Positions 40,101 through 53,000 of a stretch of 64,000 bases of DNA are shown in pieces. The stretch spans positions 8,751,200 through 8,815,199 of the forward strand of contig CM082593.2 of NCBI GenBank assembly GCA_040954595.2, written 5' to 3'. The notes beneath the pieces were generated by a model, which was not told the DNA's origin, did not search any database, and was given only the letters and a program-made list of their open reading frames with translations. Origin of the DNA: Balanoglossus misakiensis (taxonomy: Eukaryota > Animalia > Hemichordata). The position numbers and the translations under genes are program-made. Each line of letters begins with the position of its first letter. Within the stretch, counting starts at the first letter, position 1.

Positions 40101-43100
40101 GGATTTTCTGTCCCACACGAGCCACAGGCGAGTTGTAGGACAAAATATCCCCGACGAGTGTGAGAAATATGATCCCAAGTCATTGGTGTGTGAGATTCTA
40201 TTTCTCACTTGGCCACAAAATTAGCCATATTCATATTAAAACATTGATTATATTATACCAGTATATTGATGGTGTAAATCACGCTATTTGATTGGTCGAG
40301 ACACGACACGTGACCGTGATATATTAGCCATATACCACAGTCATATATCATAGTCAAAGAAAATGTCTTTTTAAAATGTTTTATGCAAAGTTTCAATATA
40401 CTGGCATAATATAATAGCAATAAAACACCCCCAGCCATGGTATACCACTCGATTTTGACCAGTTCAACTCCATATACGCACTCGCTATCGCTCGTGCGTA
40501 TATGTCGTGAACTGGTCAAAATCTCGTGGTATACCATGGCTGGGGGTGTTTTATTGCTTAAATAATTGACTGTGGAACCGTCGACTGGCATGTCGTAGTT
40601 TCTGTCCTTCTAATACACATCGCACCATTGGATAGCATTTAGCGCGCGTTAATGAAAGAACAATTTCTCATCCAATCAGAGCTTGCGTCATATACAGCTT
40701 TCGATTCAGAGGGAGTGTGGGATCGATTTGTTCTCACACTCTGATCCCACACTCTCAGCTTGCCAGGAGTGTGAGACACCTGCTTTCCATCCTCATCACA
40801 TCTGCAACAATAGTTTCATCGCTTGTCCTTTGTTTATCACCACAGCTTTCATGTGGATCCTGTTGATGGCAATGTGACTGTTATAAGCCAGGACTTGGAC
40901 AGAGAGACATCTTCCACATACTTTGTCATTGCTGCAGCTACAGATGGTGGAGATAGAACTACAACAACAGAAATACAAGTCCATTTAAATGATATTAATG
41001 ATAAGGCACCAGAGTTTGTACGAGACCAATATGAAGGGTTTATTAGAGAAACCGTTAATGAAACAGATATAGTTACGGTTGAAGTAAGTTGTTACTCTAA
41101 CCCTGTCACCCCCAGTTCCCTCTTTAGAGGTCCAACCTTTTCATTCGAAGACAGCGGTCTATTCCTCAATTAGAACATTCTCGCAGTCTTCACTCAATAG
41201 ATAATGCAAACTTTTGAGAGGATTATTGCCAAATTAATGACAGACACAATATGTTTATACTTCAGTGATCAAATTGTTGAAGTCAAATCTTGCACAGTAA
41301 CCATTAAAACCCCTATAGCTGCCAAATTTCGCATATTTTTTTACACAGTAAAATACATCAAAAAAATTCCCTATCCTTTAAAATCCTCACCATTAAAGGG
41401 ACAAAGTCTCTCTCTCGCTGCACTTTTTCCATTAATTATGTTTGATACAAGACACCGTTTGTTATTCTACATATGGATATATAGTGAATGAACGTTCAAC
41501 CACACACAACTTCCATCCCTCTTATAGACAGGAGAGTGAAAAAACTTGCCAAAATGAATAATCGTTCTTTACCATTTATTCATTTTGGGCGAGTTTTTAC
41601 TCTCATATCATACAAGTGGGATGGAAGTTTTGTGTGGTTGATCATTGATTCACTATATATCCACATTTACATTAACATAACCAGTGTCTTGTATCAAACA
41701 TAATTAATGAAAAAGGGGCAGCTGGAGAGAGACTTTGTCCCTTTAAGCCATATTACTTGCATTTGCGTCAGTTTGTCATCTCTTGGCGACGCACATCACC
41801 ACGATAGCTGTGCACTGTTTGTATGGAGGTTGATTAAATCGGTGTGGCACCTGTTTAATACACAGCGTGTTCAACATGCAGTCACAATCGGACATTGATA
41901 AGTTGTTCATATATACCATATAAGTACAATTTGTATGCGTATTTTCCTGCAAAATGTTTGCAGAGTATATTTTTGAAGAACAGTAAAGAATAATACAATC
42001 ATTTGTTTACTTCTCACAGGCTGCAGATGCGGATGAGGAATCAACTCCCAATACAAACATCACATATTCTATCCTTCAAGTTTCTCCACCAGAAGAATCA
42101 TTTGCAGTTGACAGTGAAACAGGAGTAGTCATGGTAACAACTCCTCTGGATTTTGACACCCTTCCTGAAGTCTACGGCGGCAAATACACACTGACAGTCA
42201 TGGCAGAAGATCATGGAGTTCCACCTCTCAATGACACAACAACTGTCATTGTAAATGTGGAGGTAAGCTTGGTCTTTCAAAAGTGATAGTGTCCATTTTG
42301 TGTCGTGTGTGAAGGAATGCAGTACATTTAAAGGTCGATGTTCGTTTTATGCCCATGTGCGTGCCAAACCAGAGACTCTGGTTACAAAAATTGTCTACAG
42401 TCATTGCCGTAAGGAAGTGTGCTGTCCTAACAACAGACAAGATGGTGGCGACCATATTCTGTGTTGGAGATCGGGAAAAGACAGCAAATTGGGTGAAAAG
42501 AAGGGACAGAAATACAGTGTACTTATACAGTGTGCATGAAATATGGAAGGAAGCGAAAGCAGTCCACTATTTGAATGCATCAAACGGAGAACATTTGGAT
42601 TGGATGTAATGTTTGTACACACGAAATTATGTACTTGCGCATAAGACGACTGTTGGCCTTTAATATCAGAATTCATCTGCTAAGTTATATCTGTATTTGA
42701 GTTTGTGTCAGAATTTTGGTAACATTTGTTCAAAAGTCCCTATTCTTTTTCATCAAATTTGATGAAACAAAATTTTTACTGCTGAGGTTGACACCTGTAT
42801 TTGTTATAGAAAGTATTTGAAAAGCATTTTAGTGAAATTATGAAAAGCTGCTTGCAAGTCTGATGATAAAAATGTAATGTTACCTATTTGTATTTCTTAT
42901 GACAGGGTGTTAATGATAATACTCCATATTTCCTGGAGACTGAGTATGTTGCATACATTTCAGAAGAGTATACAGGTGGAGGTAAGAGCCACATATACTT
43001 TAAATAACATATGTAGCATCATTATTAAAACCTCTATAGCAGCCACTTTTGCATTATTTTCATGATTTTATTTAAAAAAATCACAGGTGTTGTACATGCC

Positions 43101-46100
43101 AAAAAACCCAAAGCTAGCACATTTGCTGAAAAACAGCCTTTCTTAACTTCCCTTTTAACTCATTTTCATACTTGGCAAAAAGAAGACATGGTTGTATGTG
43201 GTAGGTTTCATCTAAACAAGACAGTGTAATTGCAGTTTTATTTTGAAGTAATATTTTTGGGATGGTTTTATTCACCAGATTATGTCATCACCGTTCATGC
43301 TTATGATGACGATGCCCCACATCAACCATATCAATATGACAGCACTGTGGACTACAGGATCATCAGTGGCTCCAATGACAAGTTCAGCTTAGCCCCAACA
43401 ACCGGTATACACAACGACAGCCATAGCAATGTCTCCATTTCATTGGGAGTTGCAAACATGGATGTAGATCTCTATGGTTACGAGTACACTATGACTCTTC
43501 GCATATCTGATCGTGGAAATCCACAATTATACAGTGATTGCCGTGTCATCGTACATGTGAATGATGTCAACAACAAGCCTCCTGCCTTTGAAGATAAGAA
43601 TGTGGTAGAAACAGTCAGAGAAGGTAAGTTTAAAGGGTGATACCATTTTCCAATTGGTGTCATTGGCCGGCAGACTTTGTGTATTTGCATAGCTATTGTT
43701 TGTACTTTGCGGCAGTTGATAAACAGTCAGGAGCAAAGTCGGAAATTTGTCATCTGTTAAAAGTTTTCATGAGCTATAACCCATGAAAAATATGAAAATA
43801 CGCTTAGCCTGTCACGCAGTGACACCAATCGGAAAATGGTATCACCCACACCAAGGTGGGCGGAAGTTGGTCCTGGCACTTTTTTTCCCATGATTCAAAT
43901 TACGGTAAACGCCATATTGGAAATTCTGCCAACTTTCCTTCGATTTTGTAAAAAATCGCGTGACTTATACATGGCAAATATGTTTTATTCTGAAAGAGTG
44001 ACCTCAAAGCTACCAAATGATGTAGAAATCTGCTAGGCCGGATTTCCCCTTTAAGTAGATACAGGCTACTTACAGATTTTGAAAAATGATTTGTTTTGGA
44101 CAAGATCTTCACAGCTGCTGAAAGTAACTTTCTTGTCCAGAATGCCAAATCACAGGGGGGAAAAAATACCAGTCAAATTATGAAACTACCAATAACATTG
44201 CTGAAAATTGCTTTTCCTGAATAAGATATTTCTGATAGGAGGCCAGAAACAGCTGTCTATTTGCTGTCTGTTACTAGTATTCAACAACTAAAGCACAGAA
44301 AGATGTTGAGCCCCAAAAACAAATTTTGTAAAAGTTGCAGTTATAAAATGTCAAGGATAACACTATTTTCAAAAGGTACTACCGGTATACGAGAATAATG
44401 CATCTCAGTACAATTTCATTGGTGATTTTTATTTTCTGATTATAGATGTTAGTGTGGGACACCTCGTTGCAAGTATGACAGCTACTGATCCAGACAGAGA
44501 CAGTGTGCTCTTCTATGAAATCACAAATATTTTGGCACGAAATGAACGTGGAGAGGATGTGACTAATGGAAGTGATTACACAACACAGTTTCAAATAAAT
44601 GACACTACTGGTTCTGTCTATGTCAATGAACCAATGGACAGAGAGACAGTGGAAACATTCTTCTTGGACCTCAAGGTGACAGACACAAATGCAACAGAGG
44701 AACAAAGTGATACAGGTAGGCTCAGTTGCAGAATATTGATATTTATAGACACGGCAACATTGATGGTCACCGAAGGAGAAGCAGGGTTTTTTTTATGCTG
44801 AGATAAGAGGACATTACAAGTCTTCTAAAATCAAACGTGGGTACTTTTTTTTCTTTGCTATTGATCAACAATTTGTTTTCACAACAAAAGATTTTTCAAT
44901 TAAAAATTTGCATTTTAGGGTCATACCAGTATACAAAATTTATGATAAAAAGTAGTTCGGTGTTGGGCAATTTCAATCAAAACATCTGTTTTTCCGTTCT
45001 GCTCATCCAATTGCTTTTGTCTTTGATTAGGAGGCTGCTACAAATGTGTTCCATTAAATTTCTTCTTGTAATTTTGTAAATATGCCATTGTGGGTATGTA
45101 TTGGAAATTGGTCAGTACAAGATCAAATGGTAGCATTGTGTCATTGAAGCTATTTTCGTTGTTGCCATTTTGATTTGGATTTTAACTTAATAGTGCCTGT
45201 CCATGTTGTTAAAACTTGTTCACATAAATAAACAGTCACTGTGAGTGGTTCAAATAAAGATAGTAGAAAAGAAAATGTAATTAAAGGGACAAAGTCTCTC
45301 TCTCCCTGCCCTTTTTCCCATTTATTATGTTTGATACAAGACACTCTTTATGTTATTCTACATGTGGATATATAGTGAATCAATGTTCAACCACACACAA
45401 CTTCCATCCCACTAACGCTTATATGATATGATAGTAAATGGTAGAGACCGATTATTCATCTTGGCGAGTTTTTTCACTCTTGTGTCTACAAACGGGATGG
45501 AAGTTGTGTGTGGTCGAACATTGATTTACTATATATCAACATGTAGAATAACATAAACGGTGTCTTGTATCAAACATAATTCATGGAAAAGGGGTAGTGA
45601 GGGAGAGACTTTGTCCCTTTAAGAGAAAGAGGCTCCACACATCAATAATTAATTTCTTAGTGTTGTATTGACTGTTGTGTGTAATGTAAATGTGTGTTTT
45701 TTACCAGCTTCATTGAGGTTTTGTGTAATCCATCATATAATGGACCTGTGTCAACAATTGTCTTTTCTTTTCTACTGTCTATGGTTCCACAAATAAAAAT
45801 GACACACAACAGGGTTAGACCATAATTGGATTCTCATCTGGTTGTACAAATCATGGAGCTCCAAATGACCTTATTAAACTATGACCTTTTCACAGCTGAG
45901 CTGGAAGTCCGGGTTGATGACGTGAATGACGAAAGCCCAAAGTTCCAAAATACTGAGATAGGAAAGGACAATGAAACTGAATACTATATGGGCTCCATAC
46001 AAGAAGAAACGCTAAATTTTGTCTACTCTGAAGTGAAAGCTGTTGATGGAGATAAAGGTGCCAATGGAGATGTCGAGTATGTTATCACGGAGGATGAAAC

Positions 46101-46853
46101 AGATCACTTTCAAATCAATAGCCTGACTGGTAAGTGTGACATTTATACTGCGCAATCCAGACACTAGACATTAATTTAAAGGGAAGTGGTCGTCGTGCCG
46201 CATTAATGTTCCCCTAAAGAGAATATGCCCATACCGGTGCAAACCCCACTGCAGTCCCCACAACCTACTAGGATCTTCAGTTGCTGTCATGCCCAGTCTA
46301 CTCTATGGTTGGCTGCTTCGTTCATTCTAAGAATTATCTACTTTCAGGGATTTGTGGATGAATTGTAATGTTTATCGACAAACAGACGTGGCGCAACGAC
46401 CGCTTCCCTTTAAGATCACATATTTTACCTTCTATGTGCAAATGTATTCATATTACATAAAAATTACCTCATCCCTTCCAATAGCATTAGTTTTTTGTTT
46501 CCCTTATTTTGTTGAAATGCAAACAAAAGAAGTCGGCCTTCATGATGCAAATGCATTGAGGTTATATGTGAAGCATTCGGTGCCATCCCTTCATTTTGTG
46601 TTTCACCAATTACAGCTGTAAATTTCTCAACTTCTTCTTCTGAATGGTTGTTCTTGCTACACTATTTTACTGAGGACCATTTATGTGGTGTGTATGCCAT
46701 TTCGACTAGCAACGTTTTATGTGTTTCAAGTGTCATGGCTTCTCCATTGTAGTTGTTCACAATCATGTGTAGGCCTTTACTCCCCAAACTTTGCCAAACA
46801 AAATCAATCATCACAGTGGAGCTATATCAGCCACTAAGTGTGTACAAATGATG

Positions 46854-46885
<32 letters not shown>

Positions 46886-46929
46886 GATGATGATGATGAT
46901 GGTGATGGTAATGATGATGATGGTGATGG

Positions 46930-46968
<39 letters not shown>

Positions 46969-46969
46969 C

Positions 46970-47009
<40 letters not shown>

Positions 47010-50000
47010 GTAATGATGATGATGGTGATGGTGATGGTGATGGTGATGATGATGATGATGATGATGATGATGTTGACCCTCTCTTTACATCAGGTGACAT
47101 CACACTAAAAAGCGCTGTAGACCGAGAAGAACATGATCAATTAAACATCACGGTTAAAGCTGAAGATTCTGGTTCACCACCACTATCAAGTAAAATTGTG
47201 GTGTATTTTATAATTGAGGACATCAATGATAAGTCACCTGTATATGAGAACCTACCAGCGACTACTGATGTATTAGAGAACGTTGAATATGGAACTGAAA
47301 TATATACTGTCTCTGCCAGTGATGACGACTCTGGTAACAATGCAGTTATTGAATATACAATCACAGCCGGTAACGCTGAAGGAAGATTTGCCATCAACAA
47401 GACAACAGTGAGTATCAAACCTGAAGATAAGTGTTCAAAGTATAGATTTGAAAATTGTTGTGTAGTGCATTAATTTTTGTTCCGTTTACAATGAGATGTC
47501 AACAAAAGTGTACAGATTTATATTGAGTTATGTTTTTTAGCTATACATGTACATGTATAGATTGAATAATCTATAGCTATGTGTGTGTGTGTGTGAATGC
47601 ATGCATACTGCATATGTACGATACGTTCATACCTATCTATGTACATCTGTCTTGTATGTTATTAAAGCCTCAGTATTTCTCGTAGGGGCAAAATTTTGTT
47701 TGAAACGGCATCTATAATTTCTAAAAGTAGATGATAATTGATACTGAATCGAACAGTCATCATCCCCAGCTCTGCTCATAAACTCATACAATTTACAATA
47801 TAACAAGTGAAGAATGACTTTCTGTCCGGACAGAAAGTCAGGCTTAGTTGACACACGTGACTACTGCGCATGCGCACTCAAATGTGAATCTATGCGGAAG
47901 AGGTTTGGTCGCCCCAAATCAAGCGACTCAGCGAAGAAATGCGCACTAATTCGGCGAAATTTTGGGAAGATAACTTTATGGGAGAAATCAGTCGATGGAA
48001 CCAGATCAAATCCGAAAATGGTCTGACCATCAAATGTCAAAGTGGCACGTTTGCTGATCGACATGTACAACATTTCCGTTGTAAACAAACCCGCGCATCA
48101 TTTCAAGTGTTACGGGTAATATTTACGGCTTGCATGCAGCTACAGTTGCCCAAACCTTTCTTCTATCTTCATTATATAGTATTCCATGATGAATGTACGG
48201 GAAAAACGGGCATTTTTCGATGATGAAAAATGGATACACACGAGAAATACTGGGGCTTTAACATAATGTAAACAATATATTATACTTGTTGTTGCCAGCA
48301 AAATATATTGTAAAACAGGAAATTTTCATATATAAACAGAGGCAACTGCTAAGTGACGATAAATTTTTCACGTTCTCATATTCCACTGCATTGTTATCTC
48401 CAGAAGAAAAAAAAACAAAACATTTTTATGTGACTTTTTATTTTCGTGTTTAGTTTGCTCTTGTGTAGTTCTCAAAAATTTGTCCTTCGCAAAAAAATTT
48501 GCGTTTGACAGTAACTGGTACTGGTACTTTTCACTGATGATGGGAACATTTGATAAAATAGCCAATCACTGGCATTCTCAGGTTACTTCATCACTGCGGC
48601 ATTACTGTCCTAGAAATTAAGACTCATCAATTTTGTCAAATCTGAAGGAATATATGCTGTGTTATCAGAACTATATGATCACTGTGAAGGATATATGCCG
48701 TACAACAGAAGTGATTTTCGTGAGTGATGCAGATAGAGTATGGAATATAGATACAGTATCTTTTTGCTTGCTTGATACCTATAGGGTGTTGTGACTATTG
48801 CACTTGAGCTGAACAGAGAAGAGACAGCAGCATATACCCTGACAATTACAGCCACTGATAATCCTGGTGGATCCACACAACTCCAAACATCCAGTGATGT
48901 AAGTAGTAGACACAAAGTGCATTTCATGATGGTATGAAATCCGTAATGGTCTGTACCATTCCGTCATAAGCATCACTTAGATATGGTCCAAAAGATTTCG
49001 TCTTGTGGTCATCAAGGATTGTGGTATTTTAATTTGAAGTTGTGCAATGTGCTCCAAAAGATTTGAATGAAGAAATCACCAGCAATGAGAAAGTTAAAGC
49101 AATTACCACCTGCTCAAATATGACCTCAATTTTTATAACTAACGATTAACTCATCACAGATCTTAAAGGGATGAAGAATATCTCTCGCTGCCCTTTTTGC
49201 ATTATTTATGTTTGATATGAGACAACATTTATGTTAATGTACATATGGATATCTAGTGAATCAATGTTCAACCAAATACACCGTCCTTCCATCCTGCTTG
49301 TATGACATGAGAGTAAAAATTCGCCCTAAATGAATAAATGGTAAAGACTGATTATTCATTTTGGCAAGTTTTATCACTGTCACGTCTACAAGCAGGGTGG
49401 AAGGTGTGTGTGATTGAACGTTGATTCACTATATATCCACATGTAGAATAACATAAACGGTGTCTTGTATCAAACATAATTAATGGAAAAAGGGCAGTGA
49501 GAGAGAGACTTTGTCTCTTTAATATATACTCCTTTCCATAATAAAGGTAAAAAAGCACTGGTTTGACGGCATTTGCAAACAGTTTTGGGGAAGTCACTCA
49601 ATGTTTGTTAACAATATTTGCAATAAAAATTGTGATCTGCATGTTTTTGAGACAAAAGTTTTCATTTTTCCTATTATACATAGCTTGACATTAGAGTCTT
49701 GGATGTCAACAACAACCCACCAGAATTTTTAGAAGATTCGTATGAAGCTGATGTGAGAGAGGACGAAGCATTTGGCAAGGTCGTTATCAGGGTCACAGCA
49801 GACGATCCTGATTTGGATGAAGGAGGTGACGTTGTTTACCGTTTTGGTCAGAGAAATGATTCAGGTATGTCAGTTGCTACAGCTGGTCATTTTGACAAAA
49901 AATAGGTTTAATTCATTCTGTACTTCTACCGATGTTGTCTGCTTTGGTGAACAGCAAAATCTACCAAAGAGTTTAATGTACCCTGGAGGCTTATGGATAT

Positions 50001-53000
50001 GGTATACACATATTGACTGGCCATGAGGGCAACAGCATACTGAAGGGACTGTGTTGGGGGGGGGGGGGGTAACTCGCAGTCTCGAGGGGTGAAAGATGTA
50101 CATGTATACTGTTGCCCAAAAGGCCAGTCAATATGTGTTTTGTAACACACCACATCCACAGCCATGCATGAGAACTCACAATACAAAAAGTACGTCATTT
50201 TTTTCGGAACTGATGCCCGGCAGGCAACAGCACAAAAAGAATGCACACCATGTGACTCTCCATTGATGAATGAGAAGACAGTTTGTGGATGAGTTGTGTT
50301 ACAATAACATATGCTGCCTCATGAATGGTGCTGTTGTTCTTGGGGCCACTATTGCACAACACACCCACATGCACGTACACCCAACACACATGCACACACA
50401 CAATACTTGAAATACAAATAATTAATATGCACTGCCTACAATGCCATGTAATGCATGTACATAGGTAGCTGAGTTTAATCACACGATTATTCTACTAGAA
50501 TTTACAAACTAGACAAGCAACAGAATGGTGACATGTCCCTCATATAAACAAGATAAACACATCCTGCACAGCATGGTTTGAGCCTGAAATATAACTTAAG
50601 TCTTGTTCTCACTAAAAGTTTCGACACCAGTGTTATGCCAGTGTTTACTCTCTGCAAACACAGGGGATTAGCCCACAGAATCTCCGTGCGTCCACACACT
50701 AAACTTTTGGCCACTGTTTTGAAATAAACACCGTCTAAATCGCCATGTTTAGCAACACGGCAACTAACAAAATTGAGGACGTCGAGGACATTACAGAAAC
50801 ATGTTTCAGTTTCTATACCTGCATATGCGTTCTAAACGACTTTGTGACAGTTTTGATAATGTTTAGAAGTAAATGAATGTTAATCCATAAATGGAAAATG
50901 CCTCAGCTTTTCGGTGATGGAGAGAACCTTCCGAAAGTTGGTAGCAGACAGAAGTGTTGCAGACCTGGCAAACTGCGAATGGTTTGAAAACCACTCGCGT
51001 CCAGTGTGATTGACTTAACAATGGAAACTGACCAAAGACAATGGGCTATACCTAATAAACATACCCAAAAGTCACTGCAGGGTGGCGCTTTTGAACGGTG
51101 TTTGTTTATCTTTGCGTTCTCACTGACTATTTGCGTCGGAGCTCTGGCCCAGCACTGGCCCTGACCCGCCACCCATCGCCGTCGCAAATTAACACCGGCC
51201 CAACACCGGTGTAAAGCGTTCTCACTTGTTTTTTTCCGTCGGTGTCAAATCTACACCGGTGTAGCACCGGTGTAAACGTGCCAGTGAGAACGCCACATTA
51301 GAGTTATACATTGAGTCACATTTGATCACTCTTAATGGGACAAAGTATCTCTCATGCTGCCCTTTTTCCATTAATTATGTTTGATACATGACACCGTGCA
51401 TATGAATGACACACATCCACAAGCAACTTCTATCCCGCTTGTATGATATGAGAGTAAAAACTCGCCCAAAATGAATAAATGTTAGAGAACAGTTATTCAT
51501 TTTGGTGAGTTTTTTTCACTCTCATGTCTACAAATGTACAAACGGGAGGGAAGTTGTGTGCGGTTGAATGTTGATTCACTATATATCCACATGTACATTA
51601 ACATAAACAGTGTCTTGCATCAAACATAATAAATGGAAAAAGGGTAGCGAGAGAGAGACTTTGTCCCTTTAAATGCATACAGTGGTTGCCCCAAAAAATG
51701 AAAGGAAGTCGCAAGTTACTGATAGTGGACCTTGAAGTGTGTGTTTTCACTCTTATATTCTCAGGTTTATTTGGCATTACAACTGATTCGTCTGGTCAGC
51801 AATATGATGTTGGTGTGGTGACAGTGGCAGCGAACTCACTCACAGGACAGCAAGGTCTTTATTATCTGGAAATAATTGCAAGCGATGGAGGAACTCCACC
51901 ACTCAATACAAGTGCACCATTGATGGTTAATGTCTTAGATGTCAATGACAATCCTCCTGTATTTGATAAAGTCACACACTATAGTGGAACAGAAATACCG
52001 GTGAATGGTAACACAACGATAGACGTTTCTCTGCCAGAGGTAAAGAAATAATTGTGTTATCAAATCAGTACATTGTAGGAGTCCAAATAATTTGTGGTAT
52101 GGCTATTGTATTACATTGTATATGTTTTTCTGGTGACAAAAATCCCTGTAACATGGGATTTTGTCAGGGACGGTGTTGAGGGGTGGGACCTGGGTCGGGG
52201 CGCCGCACTAAGCAGCGATTCAAATCACGTGTGAACAGAAACACTGCACTAAACGCCGATCTAAATGCCCTCTACCGACGCGGTCTAAGCGTTGAGGTTG
52301 ACTTTACTAAAACAATGGCCGAAGCAGTGTCTCGAGGCAACAATTGGAGTGTCGACGCGGAAATAGACTGTCGACAGTCCCTCGCGCCTAATGTGTATTG
52401 ATTCGGCGTTTCGTGCGAGGGCCGTAAGGCCCGTATCTTTTGTTGGCCTAAGGCCCGACTCGGCGTTTCGTGGTGCGATGGCCGTAAGGCCTCGGGCGTG
52501 GGCGTCGCACCACGAAGCGCCCAATCGGGCCTTCGGCCCTCGCACGAAACGCCGTATCGATACACATTAGGCGCGAGGGACTGTCGACAGTCTACGCGGA
52601 AATGGCCAAGGCACATACACAGGAATTGCAAACTCGACCTCCGACAACGATTTTGTAGCATGGACTGCAGTCTTCCAATCGCAACCTCCAATGAAAGGTT
52701 ACCATAAACGGGTATCGGGTCATTCAAATGCCCATGAAATCGGCGTCGACGACGTTTAAAAAGCAAATTCAGTAAACACATCACTGGATCCGCCATTGTG
52801 ACCTTTGGCCACACTGCTGTGGACCCCGTCCCTTTTATACACATGTGAATGCAAAACTATTTGAGTCGCTGATAAGAAATGTTTACCAACTTTTATAATC
52901 CCAAAAAGGGCGCCCTAACCATGGCACGTGTGCAAGGGGCTATAGTGTATAGGCACTGAGACTCGACCCCATAGACAATGGGTTGCGGAGAAATGTTAAT

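Noticed and set aside
46791-47473. Poly-Met, poly-Ser and poly-Asp ORFs
   Set aside because: Frames of the (GAT)n microsatellite; only 47094-47407 is a supported exon.
52272-52844. 190-aa minus-strand ORF
   Set aside because: Runs through a GC-rich palindromic MITE; no transposase motifs seen.
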